Assembly (NCBI GenBank): GCA_965205975.1
Contig: OZ242195.1
Location: 2,816,001-2,880,000, forward strand
Direction of reading: 5' to 3'
Length of the DNA: 64,000 nt
Origin: Candidatus Latescibacterota bacterium
Lineage (GTDB): Bacteria > Latescibacterota > UBA2968
Under the pieces are notes generated by a model that saw nothing but the letters and a program-made list of their open reading frames with translations, ran no database searches and was not told the DNA's origin. The translations under genes and the position numbers were made by a program. Within the stretch, counting starts at the first letter, position 1; each line of letters opens with the position of its first letter. Shown piece after piece: positions 53,873 to 64,000 of this stretch.

Positions 53873-55081
53873 ATGAGATATTTTTTAATCTGCATCACAC
53901 TCGTGCTTTGCACAGCACAGGTGCATGCACAACAACCCACCGGTGTCAAAGCCGAAGACACCCCCAACGACTCGGGAGGCAGCATCACCGTCACCTGGGA
54001 CTACCCAGAATCCTATGAGAAAATCGAACAAATCAGATACGTAATTTACGTTAGCGAATCTGAAAATGGACCTTTTCATTCTGCCAAGATCAACGCGGGA
54101 GATTTGCAATCCAGCGATCCAGCCACCTTTGGGCATGGCGAAGAAACATTCCACAAGTTTTTTGCCAAAATCTCCGTATATGTTGATCCTGCTGACCCAT
54201 CTAAAAGAATCGCCATAGAAAATGGTAAAACCTATTATGTACAGGTCACGGCCCACCTCCCATCTGGCGGATCATTTCCCTCTGCAATCGCGAGCGCAGA
54301 AGCTTATCAAAATTTTTTCAACCAGGCCAAAACCAATAACTTCGTTATCGGCACAATCTTCTCTCTCATCATTTTGATCAGCATTTTCCTCGCCCAAAAA
54401 CGCGAACTCTTCATCCGGCGCATCGCCGGTCTCGAAGCACTCGACGAAGCCCTCGGTCGCGCCACTGAAATGGGCAAACCCGTGCTCTTTGCACACGGAT
54501 TGGCGTCTATGGGCAGCGTATCGACCATTGCAGCAATCAATGTGCTTTCCCGTGTGGCCAATCGCACTGCCGAATTTAACACCGAATTGCGCGTAGCCAA
54601 CAATGACCCCGTCGTCATGGCCGTGAGTCAAGAGGTCGTCAAAGAATCCTATCTCAACGCCGGTCGTCCCGATGCCTACTCAGAAGACTCGGTCTTTATG
54701 GTCGCCACCGAGCAATTCAGCTATGCCGCAGCCCTCGACGGCATGATGGTGCGCGATAGACCTGCCACCAATATCATGATGGGCTACTTCTTTGCCGAAT
54801 CTCTGCTTTTAGCAGAAACGGGTGCTTCCATAGGTGCGATCCAGATCGCAGGTACTGACGCTTATACGCAGTTGCCCTTTTTCATCACTACCTGTGACTA
54901 TACGCTCATGGGCGAAGAACTCTATGCTGCAAGCGCGTATCTTTCCCGAGAACCCAAATTGCTGGGCAGCCTTAAAGGGCAGGACATCGGTAAAGCAGTG
55001 CTCTTGATCGCCATGATTTTGGGCACACTTCTGGCGACTCTTGAAATTCAAACACTCACGCATATTTTTACCGCATATTAA
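53873..55081 (+). CDS. Signal peptide + FN3-like + DUF6754-like membrane protein
   Basis: DTPNDSGGSITVTW, IRRIAGL..GRATEMG, LMGEELYAASAYL. Confidence 0.75.
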   Translation: MRYFLICITLVLCTAQVHAQQPTGVKAEDTPNDSGGSITVTWDYPESYEKIEQIRYVIYVSESENGPFHSAKINAGDLQSSDPATFGHGEETFHKFFAKISVYVDPADPSKRIAIENGKTYYVQVTAHLPSGGSFPSAIASAEAYQNFFNQAKTNNFVIGTIFSLIILISIFLAQKRELFIRRIAGLEALDEALGRATEMGKPVLFAHGLASMGSVSTIAAINVLSRVANRTAEFNTELRVANNDPVVMAVSQEVVKESYLNAGRPDAYSEDSVFMVATEQFSYAAALDGMMVRDRPATNIMMGYFFAESLLLAETGASIGAIQIAGTDAYTQLPFFITTCDYTLMGEELYAASAYLSREPKLLGSLKGQDIGKAVLLIAMILGTLLATLEIQTLTHIFTAY

Positions 55082-55096
55082 GCAGGGGATTCTTTC

Positions 55097-55756
55097 ATGC
55101 TTTTTTTAAGACGCACACTACCGCTAATCATCGCCTTTGTTCTGGGTATGATTGGCATTCTCGTTTTCTATATCCCACACAGCGGTGCCCAGGCTCTTGA
55201 ACAAGAATTGACAAAATGGGATCGCATTGTCGCTGCTTTTGCTATGGTGTTGGGCATCTACAGCTTGATGCGCTTGCACTGGAGCCGCGTGCGGCGGCAA
55301 CATGCAGGATGGGCATATAGCTTTCTGGTTTTTGTCGGTTTCACGGTCATGTTTATTTTTTCCATCTACAATGATGGACAAGGTCCTTTCAACTCCCAGG
55401 TCATTGATTCAGGTCCTTTTGTGTGGATGTTTGATAATGTGCAGGTACCAGCCGATGCCACCATGTTCTCCATCCTCGCGTTTTTCATTGCATCTGCAGC
55501 CTATCGCACCTTTCGCGCACGCACACCCGAAGCGGCAATTCTGCTCGTATCCGCCATTATCGTGATGATCGGTCGTGTACCCATTGGCGCGTCAATTTAT
55601 CAGGGGCTTCCCGAAATTGCCCAATGGATGATGGATGTGCCAAATCTGGCAGCCAAACGCGGCATCTTGCTCGGCGTCAGTCTTGGCATTGTTGCAACGT
55701 CATTGCGCATCATCTTTGGCATTGAACGCTCTTATCTCGGCGGAGGTGAAGAATGA
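55097..55756 (+). CDS. Polytopic membrane protein
   Basis: ~6 hydrophobic helices, TMFSILAFFIASAAYR. Confidence 0.8.
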   Translation: MLFLRRTLPLIIAFVLGMIGILVFYIPHSGAQALEQELTKWDRIVAAFAMVLGIYSLMRLHWSRVRRQHAGWAYSFLVFVGFTVMFIFSIYNDGQGPFNSQVIDSGPFVWMFDNVQVPADATMFSILAFFIASAAYRTFRARTPEAAILLVSAIIVMIGRVPIGASIYQGLPEIAQWMMDVPNLAAKRGILLGVSLGIVATSLRIIFGIERSYLGGGEE

Positions 55757-56583
55757 AAGAATTATTGCTCAATATCGACCGCCGAATCATCTTTGTTTTT
55801 GTCGCGCTCGGCGTCATCATTCCCTCGTTGGCTACCTTGCGCTTGCCTATTCCCGTTACCAAAGATGTGAAAGCGATTTACGACACTATCGAAGAAGTCG
55901 GAGCAAAAAACGGCACTGTACTCATCTCCTTTGACTACGGCCCTGGCTCCATGCCCGAAGTACAGCCCATGGCCCTTGCTGTTTTGCGCCACTGTTTCAA
56001 GCGCAACGTCAAAGTAGTGGGCATGTGCCTTTGGCCCCAGGCGGTGGGGCTGGCCCAACAAGCCCTCGATAAAGCCTCACAAGAACTGGAGACCGAATAC
56101 GGCAGCGACTATGTCTTTCTCGGATTTAAAACCGGATTCCAGTCCCTGGTTATCAACATGGGCCACGATTTTCACGGCACTTTCCCACAAGATTTGCATG
56201 GCAACAACACAACTGAATTACCTGTCACCCAAAATATAAAGGGCTTGGCGAACTTCGACTATGTGATCTGCCTGGCAGCGGGCAACACACCAGATGGTAT
56301 CTGGATACCCTACGGACAAGAACGCTACAAATTCAAATTTGGCATTGGCTGTACCGCTGTGATGGCACCCGATCAATATCCCTATTTGCAATCGGGCCAA
56401 ATGAACGGCATGATGGGAGGATTAGCCGGTGCCGCCGAATATGAAACCCTGATTGAAACATCGGACAAAGCCACCGCAGGCATGGGTGCACAGTCCTTTG
56501 TCCATCTCATCATCATCGCCTTCATCATCCTGGGCAATGTAATGTACTTCCTCTATGGTCGGCAGAAAGGTGGTGCCCAGTGA
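55753..56583 (+). CDS. Membrane-anchored protein of the GlmL-associated cluster
   Basis: IDRRII, DYGP..E, PYLQSGQ..GLAGAAEYE; terminal TMs; ATGA overlap. Confidence 0.8.
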   Translation: MKELLLNIDRRIIFVFVALGVIIPSLATLRLPIPVTKDVKAIYDTIEEVGAKNGTVLISFDYGPGSMPEVQPMALAVLRHCFKRNVKVVGMCLWPQAVGLAQQALDKASQELETEYGSDYVFLGFKTGFQSLVINMGHDFHGTFPQDLHGNNTTELPVTQNIKGLANFDYVICLAAGNTPDGIWIPYGQERYKFKFGIGCTAVMAPDQYPYLQSGQMNGMMGGLAGAAEYETLIETSDKATAGMGAQSFVHLIIIAFIILGNVMYFLYGRQKGGAQ

Positions 56584-57311
56584 GCCGCGATCATATAATT
56601 TTTATTGTCTTCTTGTTCATCTTTGCTGTCGTCAATATTATTCTCTTCATTTCTGGTCGCCTATCTGCGGATTGGACCGGCTTTGGCACATTTATCGCCG
56701 CTGGCATTACCCTGTCGCTTTACAGCTTTCTCTACAAGGACAATCCTCTCTTCAAATTTGCCGAAAATCTCTATGTGGGTGTAGCAGCCGCATACACACT
56801 CAATCAAATATGGTACACAGTACTTTTGGCCGATGTCGTGGAGCCCCTCTCCAAACTCAACAGCGAAAGTATGGGCAACTTGTGGCTCATCGTGCCCACA
56901 TTGCTCGGCCTTTTTATGCTCACCCAACTCTCCTCGGCGAAATTTAGCTGGCTCAGCCGCATTGCATTCGCCTTTGTGGTCGGCCTGGGGGCGGGACTGG
57001 CTATTCCACGCACCATTTCGGCCAATTTGTTGGCACAAATACAGCCCACCATGGGACCTATAACAGCCGATCTGGCTGGATTCAATCTATTTATTATTCT
57101 GGTCGGCGTCGTTACAGTACTCGTGTATTTCTTTTACTCTGTCGAACACACTGGCCCCGTCGGTGTAGCGTCAAAAATTGGTATCTGGTTCCTCATGATC
57201 TCATTTGGCGCGTCATTTGGCTACACCATCATGGCGCGTCTTTCACTGCTGATTGGGCGCGTCGGGTTCCTACTCGAAGACTGGCTCGTGCTCCCATTGC
57301 CTTTATTTTGA
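56580..57311 (+). CDS. Polytopic membrane protein
   Basis: SFLYKDNPLFKFAE, FGASFGYTIMAR; ~7 TMs; GTGA overlap. Confidence 0.8.
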   Translation: MSRDHIIFIVFLFIFAVVNIILFISGRLSADWTGFGTFIAAGITLSLYSFLYKDNPLFKFAENLYVGVAAAYTLNQIWYTVLLADVVEPLSKLNSESMGNLWLIVPTLLGLFMLTQLSSAKFSWLSRIAFAFVVGLGAGLAIPRTISANLLAQIQPTMGPITADLAGFNLFIILVGVVTVLVYFFYSVEHTGPVGVASKIGIWFLMISFGASFGYTIMARLSLLIGRVGFLLEDWLVLPLPLF

Positions 57312-57398
57312 TTCGAAGAGAAGCGCGTGTCCATCCGCGCATCTCCCAAAAAAACGGGAACGTTCAAACCCATATAGAAGTCCAAAGAAAAATCGTAC

Positions 57399-58361
57399 AT
57401 GCCCAATTCCGTGCTGACAGTTAACAACCTCCAAACGCATTTTCATACAGACAGCGGAACAGCGAGGGCGGTAGATGGCGTATCATTCACACTCAACAAG
57501 GGCGAAACTTATGGCCTTGTTGGTGAATCGGGGTGCGGAAAAAGTGTCACTTCGCTGTCAATCATGCGATTGGTGCCTCATCCTGGCCGCATTGAAAGTG
57601 GGCATATTTTTTTTCAAGACAGAGACCTGGTATCTCTTTCAGATACTGAAATGCGCGACATACGCGGCAATGACATTGCCATGATCTTTCAGGAACCCAT
57701 GACCAGCCTCAACCCGGTTTACACCTGTGGGTTCCAGATTGACGAAGCCGTGAGGCGGCATCAGGGATTAGAAAAAACAGAAGCGCGAAAAAAAACAGTT
57801 GAAATGCTCCACCTCGTGGGCCTTCCCGATCCCGAACAACGCGCAAACGAATACCCGCACCAGTTATCTGGCGGGCAACGCCAGCGCGTGATGATCGCCA
57901 TGGCCCTCTCGTGCAATCCCAAAGTGCTGATAGCCGACGAACCCACAACAGCACTCGATGTCACCATACAAGCGCAAATCCTGGATTTATTGCGCGACTT
58001 GCAGCAACAACTCGGCATGGCAGTCCTGCTCATCACACACGATTTGGGCGTTATTGCCGAAGCCGCCGATCAAGTCGCGGTCATGTACGCAGGCAAAATT
58101 GTAGAAACTGGTCCGGCAGACGCGATTTTTCACAACCCCAAGCATCCTTACACGCAGGGGTTACTCGCATCGGTCCCCCGTCTGGACATCGCGAACAATC
58201 GCCTCAAAACTATTCCGGGCACTGTTCCCGAAGCCACGCAATTTCCATCGGGATGTCGATTTGCGGATCGCTGTGAAAAGGTCGATTCAATTTGTCGGGA
58301 AACCACACCACAATTGCAAACAATTAGCGGCAACCACCAGACCGCGTGTTGGATGACATAA
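57399..58361 (+). CDS. Oligo/dipeptide ABC ATPase (OppD/DppD-like)
   Basis: [37 protein letters not shown]. Confidence 0.93.
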   Translation: MPNSVLTVNNLQTHFHTDSGTARAVDGVSFTLNKGETYGLVGESGCGKSVTSLSIMRLVPHPGRIESGHIFFQDRDLVSLSDTEMRDIRGNDIAMIFQEPMTSLNPVYTCGFQIDEAVRRHQGLEKTEARKKTVEMLHLVGLPDPEQRANEYPHQLSGGQRQRVMIAMALSCNPKVLIADEPTTALDVTIQAQILDLLRDLQQQLGMAVLLITHDLGVIAEAADQVAVMYAGKIVETGPADAIFHNPKHPYTQGLLASVPRLDIANNRLKTIPGTVPEATQFPSGCRFADRCEKVDSICRETTPQLQTISGNHQTACWMT

Positions 58362-58372
58362 GGCGAGAAATA

Positions 58373-59323
58373 TTGCTTCTTCAAGTACAAAATCTAAAAA
58401 AACACTACCCCATTTCTCAGGGACTTTGGGGGCGCAACGCCGGGCATGTCAAAGCAGTAGATGACGTGAGTTTCGATATCTCCCCCGGCGAAACCCTCGG
58501 CCTGGTCGGCGAATCGGGATGCGGAAAAACGACAACTGGACGCGCCATCTTGCGCCTTATTGATGTGACATCGGGCACCGTGCGATTCAAAAATACCGAC
58601 ATTCTCTCCCTAGACAAAAAACAACTTCGAGCACTGCGGCGGCATATGCAAATCATCTTTCAGGATCCTTACGGATCTCTAAACCCCCGTCTCACCATCG
58701 GCGGCATCCTCTCGGAACCCTTGAAAATCCACGGTGACCGAACAAAAGATCGAGTCGCCGACCTGCTCAACACCGTGGGCTTATCTCCCGACGTCGCGCG
58801 CCGATATCCGCACGAATTTTCCGGTGGACAGCGACAGCGCATTGGCATTGCCCGCGCATTGGCAGTAAAACCGCAATTCATTATCGCGGACGAACCCGTA
58901 TCTGCACTCGACGTATCGATTCAGGCTCAAATAGTAAACTTACTCCAGGATTTGCAGGCTCAGTTTGGCCTTTCATATCTCTTTATCGCTCACGACCTGA
59001 GCGTGGTCAAACACATCTCCAACCGCGTGGCAGTCATGTATCTGGGCAAAATTGTCGAACTGGCCGAAAGCCAGGTACTCTACGAGAATCCGCAGCATCC
59101 CTATACGCGCGCATTGCTCTCATCAATCCCCATACCCGATCCGCGCGTCAGGGGATCGCGCACCATTTTAACAGGCGACGTGCCCAGCCCGGTTAACGTA
59201 CCTTCGGGCTGTGCATTTCATCCGCGCTGTCCCGAAGCAACGCCGGACTGCGCCCACCGCAAACCCGAACTCTTAGACATTGAACCCGGCCACAGCGTGG
59301 CCTGTATCTTGCGGCACAATTAG
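58373..59323 (+). CDS. Oligo/dipeptide ABC ATPase (OppF/DppF-like)
   Basis: [32 protein letters not shown]; start codon uncertain. Confidence 0.93.
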   Translation: MLLQVQNLKKHYPISQGLWGRNAGHVKAVDDVSFDISPGETLGLVGESGCGKTTTGRAILRLIDVTSGTVRFKNTDILSLDKKQLRALRRHMQIIFQDPYGSLNPRLTIGGILSEPLKIHGDRTKDRVADLLNTVGLSPDVARRYPHEFSGGQRQRIGIARALAVKPQFIIADEPVSALDVSIQAQIVNLLQDLQAQFGLSYLFIAHDLSVVKHISNRVAVMYLGKIVELAESQVLYENPQHPYTRALLSSIPIPDPRVRGSRTILTGDVPSPVNVPSGCAFHPRCPEATPDCAHRKPELLDIEPGHSVACILRHN

Positions 59324-59421
59324 AGACGAATAGACGAATAGACGAATAGACGAACCCCGCTCCACCCACCAAAATCACTACAAGCTTCGATTCGTTGATT
59401 CGTTGATTCGCTGATTCGTTC
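59324..59421. repeat. Octamer tandem repeats in inverted arrangement
   Basis: (AGACGAAT)4 .. (ATTCGTTG)4, with minor variants. Confidence 0.75.
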
Positions 59422-59450
59422 AATCCACCCACCATTTCAAGGAGTCATAA

Positions 59451-62400
59451 GTGAAGGTCTTAAAAATTTTAACGATGCTGTGTCTCACCGGCCTCATATC
59501 CCACACCGCCCTGGCACAGCCCCCCTCTTTAGGTCCCGCCAAAGCCATTGGGGTTGACCTTGCCAATACCCCGTTAAACCGTCCGTCCCCCGACCAAAAA
59601 AGCTACACCTATTGGAAACCCGAAACAGTCGATGGCTTTTTCCCCTCGCTTTTGGGACTGCGGACAGCTGGCGCTCGGATGATTCGCACCAGATATTTCA
59701 ACATCTACTTCTCTACTGCTGAAAAAACCGCCCGCCAAATTGCCGACTTCTGCGATGAGGTTCTGTCAAATCTCATGCGCCATTACCCCACCTTTGTCGA
59801 TCGCATTGCACCCATCCACGTCGTCGTTGACGATCAGGCGGATTATTTGGGCAATGCCTTTGCCGTGTACAGTGCCAATTACATCCACTTTTGGACCAAC
59901 CCCATTGACTGGGAAATCCGCGGCACCAGCGACTGGGTACGCAATGTTTTTGTCCACGAACTCGCCCACATCGTAACATTAAAAGCCGCCTATAAGGGCC
60001 TGCCATTTCAAATTGGCATAGTCAACGCCTCTCGCGCCAATGAAAATCCCGACTTTAGCTTTACACTCGGCCTGTATCACCTCGCCATGAATTCGGGTTT
60101 TGCCGAAGGCATCTCGCAATACGAAGCCACCGAATACGGTGACGACCACTGGGACACACACCGCGATATGCTCCTGCGCATGGCCGCGCTCGAAAATGAT
60201 CTGCTCTCCCTATCCAGCATGGGACAACTCGGCGGCAAGGGCAATTTCCACGGTGAAATGGTCTATAATCAGGGATATGCCATACTCAACTACATTGGCG
60301 AACGCTTTAGCCCCGCTGTTGTCAGACAAATTTTTGAACACAGACCGATTATCAACTTCAACTCCTCGCTAAAAAAAGCCACAGGCGTATCGGCCAAACA
60401 ACTCTACCGCGATTGGAAAACGCATATTGGGGAACAATACGGCGCGGTTCAAAGCGGCATCCAGGAAGCCGGCGAACGCGAAGGCGAATTGATCGTGGAT
60501 AGAGGCGGTTTGGACTATCACCCGGTCTATTCCCCGCAAGGCGATAAGCTGGGCTTTATCTCCAACGACGACAGCGACTATTTCATTACCGAACTCAAAG
60601 TGATGGATCTGGCCACAAAAAAAGTCAAAAAAATAGCCGACCGCGTAGATAATCGCTTTGTCTGGACAGCCAGCGGCGACAGCCTGATGTACATCAAAGC
60701 CGTAGGCGCGCGTTGGGACATCTTCACATACAACTTAAAAACGAAAAAAGAAACCCGCGTCACCGTTGGTCTGCGCGGCAAAGACCCCACCCTCTCACCC
60801 GACGGCAAACAAATCGCCTTTGTAACCATGAGAGATGGCACAGCGAACATCGGCCTTGTAAACACCGACGGCACCGATGTGCGATACCTCACACATAACA
60901 ACGACGCCACACAGTATTTTGGCCCAAAATGGTCGCCCGACGGCAAACACCTGCTCTTCAGTGTATTCCGCACAGGCGAAGACCGCGACATTGCCATTAT
61001 CGACGTGGATGCCACAACCTGGGAAAAGAAAAAGGGCCGGCGCTCGCTAAAGAAAGAAGAAGTTGACACACAACTCGACAGCCTCCAGCAGGCAAAGGCC
61101 GACAGCCTCAAGGCATTTCCCGATAGCCTCGCCTATGCCAACAATGCCAACTTCAAAGCCATTGTACACTCCACAGCCGACGAACGAGACCCCGTCTGGC
61201 TACCCGATGGCAGTGGGTTTGTCTTCAGTTCAGACCGTACGGGCATCTTCAACCTCTACACCCACGACATGGCGACCGGGGAACAAAAGCAACTGACCAA
61301 TGTTGTCGGCGGCGCGTTTTTGCCCACTATTTCTCCCGATGCCAAAGACGTAATCTACGCAGGATATCACGCAGCGAACTACAACCTCTATCGCATACCC
61401 CTATCCGAGGCCGTTGCCGTCGATCCCCCCGAAGGTGTTGAGCGGGACTACGCCGAGATTTACAACGGCAAATCCATCACCGAACTTCACGACATCGGGA
61501 GGTACTCCACGCGCCTCGTCTCCTACGGCATCACACCCATCGCATTGCTGGGTCCCACATTTATCGGCAACCGATTCGGCCTGGATCAACTCAGCGCGGG
61601 TGTTCAATGGGCCTGGGGCGACCTGCTCGGCAGCGACGTTTTTGTAACCACCGCCCTGATCGGCAAAAACTTCAGACGGCAACAAGACTTCAACTCGGAA
61701 TTTGCCTTCTACTACCAGAACAGCCTCACCCCCATTCTATCTGAACAAAGCACGTATGTCCCCCGCATCTTCTTTGGAGGCAGCAGGCAAACCATCAACA
61801 GCATCGTGGATTTGGGAACCGTCCAAACCGTGCGCGATACACTGAGCGGCACATTGATCACCCAAAACGACGAAGGACAACAGGTTTTAATCCCCAATGT
61901 CACGCAGCACTTAGACCTCACGGTCACAGAAGAAGACGATTTTAAGGATGTATTCTCCGATTTTACGGTAGGCGCCGAAATGGGGGTAGGCCGCGGACAC
62001 TATTTCAGTCTGGCCTATGGCTACCGCAAGTATTCTGAAAACTTGCACGCCGTTCAGGTCCTCCACGACAGCTCTCGCGTCTTTCAGACCGATTTAGGGA
62101 CAGGTGAGGTTGAAGACATTACCGATCAGATCCCCGGTCCGGGCTATGCATCGCAGGAAACCCTTCTCGACGATTTTCTCTACAAAGAGCTCGACTTCTT
62201 CAAAAGTAACGAATGGATGGGTGGTTGGAGCTACATCACCCTCAAACCCGCAACCGACCTCTACATCAACCCGTCGGGTGGTCGCGCATTATCCTTCCGC
62301 TATCGGCGCATCAACGCAACCGTGATAGATTCGCTGGCCCGCACGCCAGATCTGGATGAAGACTTTACCCCAGACCCCATCGGCGAAGACCTGTCACCCG

Positions 62401-63026
62401 CATTTTTCCGGGGCGATAAAGTCAACGTGGGATTCAACGAATACATCGCCTCCTTCAATGAATTTATCCCGCTCGTTGGCCGCTCAACACTCGCCCTCCA
62501 GGTCTTTGGGGCCTATAAAGACGGCTATGTCAAAGAAGTACAACAAGAAGGCGGCACATTTGAAGGCGTATTCTATTATCCCCTGCGCTATTATCTCGGT
62601 GGTCTGGGCACCTTGCGCGGCTATCCATATTTCACGATCTCAGGTGGCAAAGCCCTCTTTGGCCGCACCACGCTGACCCTGCCCATCTTTAAGCACATCG
62701 GTGCGGAACTGCCGCCTCTCTTTTTTGACAAAATTTACGCCTCGCTCTTTTTTGAGTTTGGCGGCACATCCAATGCCGCCAGCATCGGCGATATTTTCGA
62801 CGTAAATGAAGAAGTACACAGTGGGCGATGGGACAAATTCAAAAACTCTTTCCTATTTGACTACGGCGCCGAAATCCGATTCCAGATATTTTCACATTAC
62901 CGCTTACCCATGTTCGGCTATTTCATCGTCGCCCGTCCCACCAAACTCGAAGTACCATCCCGCAATAACCCCGATATCCTCGAAGAGGTCAGTGGGACGC
63001 GATTCTATTTTGGCCTATCATTGTAA
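59451..63026 (+). CDS. Exported zincin peptidase-like + TolB/PD40 propeller + outer-membrane barrel protein
   Basis: Signal peptide, VHELAH and FAEG, repeated P-x-x-SPDG blades, LRGYP and terminal FYFGLSL. Confidence 0.8.
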   Translation: MKVLKILTMLCLTGLISHTALAQPPSLGPAKAIGVDLANTPLNRPSPDQKSYTYWKPETVDGFFPSLLGLRTAGARMIRTRYFNIYFSTAEKTARQIADFCDEVLSNLMRHYPTFVDRIAPIHVVVDDQADYLGNAFAVYSANYIHFWTNPIDWEIRGTSDWVRNVFVHELAHIVTLKAAYKGLPFQIGIVNASRANENPDFSFTLGLYHLAMNSGFAEGISQYEATEYGDDHWDTHRDMLLRMAALENDLLSLSSMGQLGGKGNFHGEMVYNQGYAILNYIGERFSPAVVRQIFEHRPIINFNSSLKKATGVSAKQLYRDWKTHIGEQYGAVQSGIQEAGEREGELIVDRGGLDYHPVYSPQGDKLGFISNDDSDYFITELKVMDLATKKVKKIADRVDNRFVWTASGDSLMYIKAVGARWDIFTYNLKTKKETRVTVGLRGKDPTLSPDGKQIAFVTMRDGTANIGLVNTDGTDVRYLTHNNDATQYFGPKWSPDGKHLLFSVFRTGEDRDIAIIDVDATTWEKKKGRRSLKKEEVDTQLDSLQQAKADSLKAFPDSLAYANNANFKAIVHSTADERDPVWLPDGSGFVFSSDRTGIFNLYTHDMATGEQKQLTNVVGGAFLPTISPDAKDVIYAGYHAANYNLYRIPLSEAVAVDPPEGVERDYAEIYNGKSITELHDIGRYSTRLVSYGITPIALLGPTFIGNRFGLDQLSAGVQWAWGDLLGSDVFVTTALIGKNFRRQQDFNSEFAFYYQNSLTPILSEQSTYVPRIFFGGSRQTINSIVDLGTVQTVRDTLSGTLITQNDEGQQVLIPNVTQHLDLTVTEEDDFKDVFSDFTVGAEMGVGRGHYFSLAYGYRKYSENLHAVQVLHDSSRVFQTDLGTGEVEDITDQIPGPGYASQETLLDDFLYKELDFFKSNEWMGGWSYITLKPATDLYINPSGGRALSFRYRRINATVIDSLARTPDLDEDFTPDPIGEDLSPAFFRGDKVNVGFNEYIASFNEFIPLVGRSTLALQVFGAYKDGYVKEVQQEGGTFEGVFYYPLRYYLGGLGTLRGYPYFTISGGKALFGRTTLTLPIFKHIGAELPPLFFDKIYASLFFEFGGTSNAASIGDIFDVNEEVHSGRWDKFKNSFLFDYGAEIRFQIFSHYRLPMFGYFIVARPTKLEVPSRNNPDILEEVSGTRFYFGLSL

Positions 63027-63095
63027 AGCCATCTCTCGCAATCCAGTGCTCCGCCTTATAACACAGGCGGAGCACTTTTCGCTGTTTTAACGCTT

Positions 63096-63962
63096 ATGTC
63101 TCCACTCATCCACGCGGTGCGTCCACGCGAATGGGTCAAAAATGTCTTTGTATTGGCCGCTCTTGTTTTTACCAAACGCATTTTTGACCCCGACGACCTC
63201 CTGCAAGGCATCCTGGCCCTGGTCTGTTTTTGCCTCATCTCTGGCGCAACGTACCTTTTCAACGACATCCGAGACAGAGAAAACGACCGCCAGCATCCTC
63301 TGAAACGCCATCGCCCGATCGCCTCGGGTGCGTTGCGTATCTCCGTTGCCGCCATCGCCGCTATCCTCTTTGCCCTGATCGCCCTGATCGGGGGATTTTA
63401 TGTACATCCCCATTTTGGTATCGTCATCCTGATCTATGCAGTACTGAACATCGCCTATACGCTGTACCTCAAACACATCGTCATCCTCGATGTTATGATC
63501 ATTGCCGCGGGATTTCTTCTGCGCGCCATCGGCGGTGCAGTGGCGATTCAGGTCGCCATTTCCTCCTGGTTCATCCTCTGTACCATGCTGCTGGCACTAT
63601 TTCTCGGCTTTGCCAAGCGCCGGCATGAACTCGCCCTGCTCGAAGGAGATGCCAGCATCCACCGCCGCATCCTCGCAGAATATTCTCCACAATTTCTCGA
63701 CCAGATGATCGCCATCGTCACAGCCAGCGCACTGGTATCCTATGCGCTTTACACCATGTCGTCCGAAGTTATTGAAAAACTCGGCACCAAATATCTCAAT
63801 CTCACCATCCCCTTTGTAATTTACGGTATGTTGCGCTACCTCTATCTCATCTACAAAAAAGATGGGGGCGGCAATCCCACCTCCACCGTATTGGGTGATC
63901 TCCCTCTTCTGATCGCCTGCGCCCTGTGGTTGCTAACCCTGAGTTTAATACTCTACGTTTGA
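63096..63962 (+). CDS. UbiA-family decaprenyl-phosphate phosphoribosyltransferase-like protein
   Basis: RPREWVKN, YLFNDIRD..DRQHPLKRHRPIASG, KRRHEL. Confidence 0.9.
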   Translation: MSPLIHAVRPREWVKNVFVLAALVFTKRIFDPDDLLQGILALVCFCLISGATYLFNDIRDRENDRQHPLKRHRPIASGALRISVAAIAAILFALIALIGGFYVHPHFGIVILIYAVLNIAYTLYLKHIVILDVMIIAAGFLLRAIGGAVAIQVAISSWFILCTMLLALFLGFAKRRHELALLEGDASIHRRILAEYSPQFLDQMIAIVTASALVSYALYTMSSEVIEKLGTKYLNLTIPFVIYGMLRYLYLIYKKDGGGNPTSTVLGDLPLLIACALWLLTLSLILYV

Positions 63963-64000
63963 CGGGCGAAAAATTTTTCGCCCCTATCATTTTTTACCCC

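Noticed and set aside
59324..59421. CRISPR array (also 35734-35793 and 34697-34740)
   Set aside because: Units are contiguous and short with no unique spacers; no cas genes

Overview
Bacterial chromosomal window with two halves. The left ~33 kb is an accessory, partly decayed defence/mobile region. It opens with a giant Ser/Thr kinase-AAA-GAF-sigma54 activator fusion that runs off the left edge. It also holds a tyrosine recombinase with a Xer-like palindrome upstream, an IS630-type element splitting a CxxC-x11-CxxC mobilome gene, a type III R-M locus (mod frameshifted, AbiJ-like gene between mod and res), three AAA/PD-(D/E)XK genes, and a propeller sensor kinase. Two AAA-PD-(D/E)XK cassettes are each bracketed by diverged duplications of the neighbouring gene's 3' end, and 22-27 bp hairpin micro-insertions sit inside genes and repeats. 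The right ~31 kb is core-like: a sigma54-promoted ABC ATPase, then a tight minus-strand operon of fatty acyl-CoA reductase, unusual acyltransferase, eukaryote-like alkyl-DHAP synthase and SDR. That operon matches the four steps of the peroxisomal ether-lipid pathway and is the most notable signal. It is transcribed divergently from ndk-yceD-rpmF-fabHDG-acpP-fabF-rnc, which has no plsX. Next come a GlmL-like ATPase/membrane-protein cluster of unknown function, oppD/oppF-like ATPases, a peptidase/propeller/barrel protein and a UbiA-family transferase. No rRNA, tRNA or CRISPR array was seen. Some frameshifts and one garbled duplication may be assembly errors. All family calls are from motif recognition by eye, not database searches.
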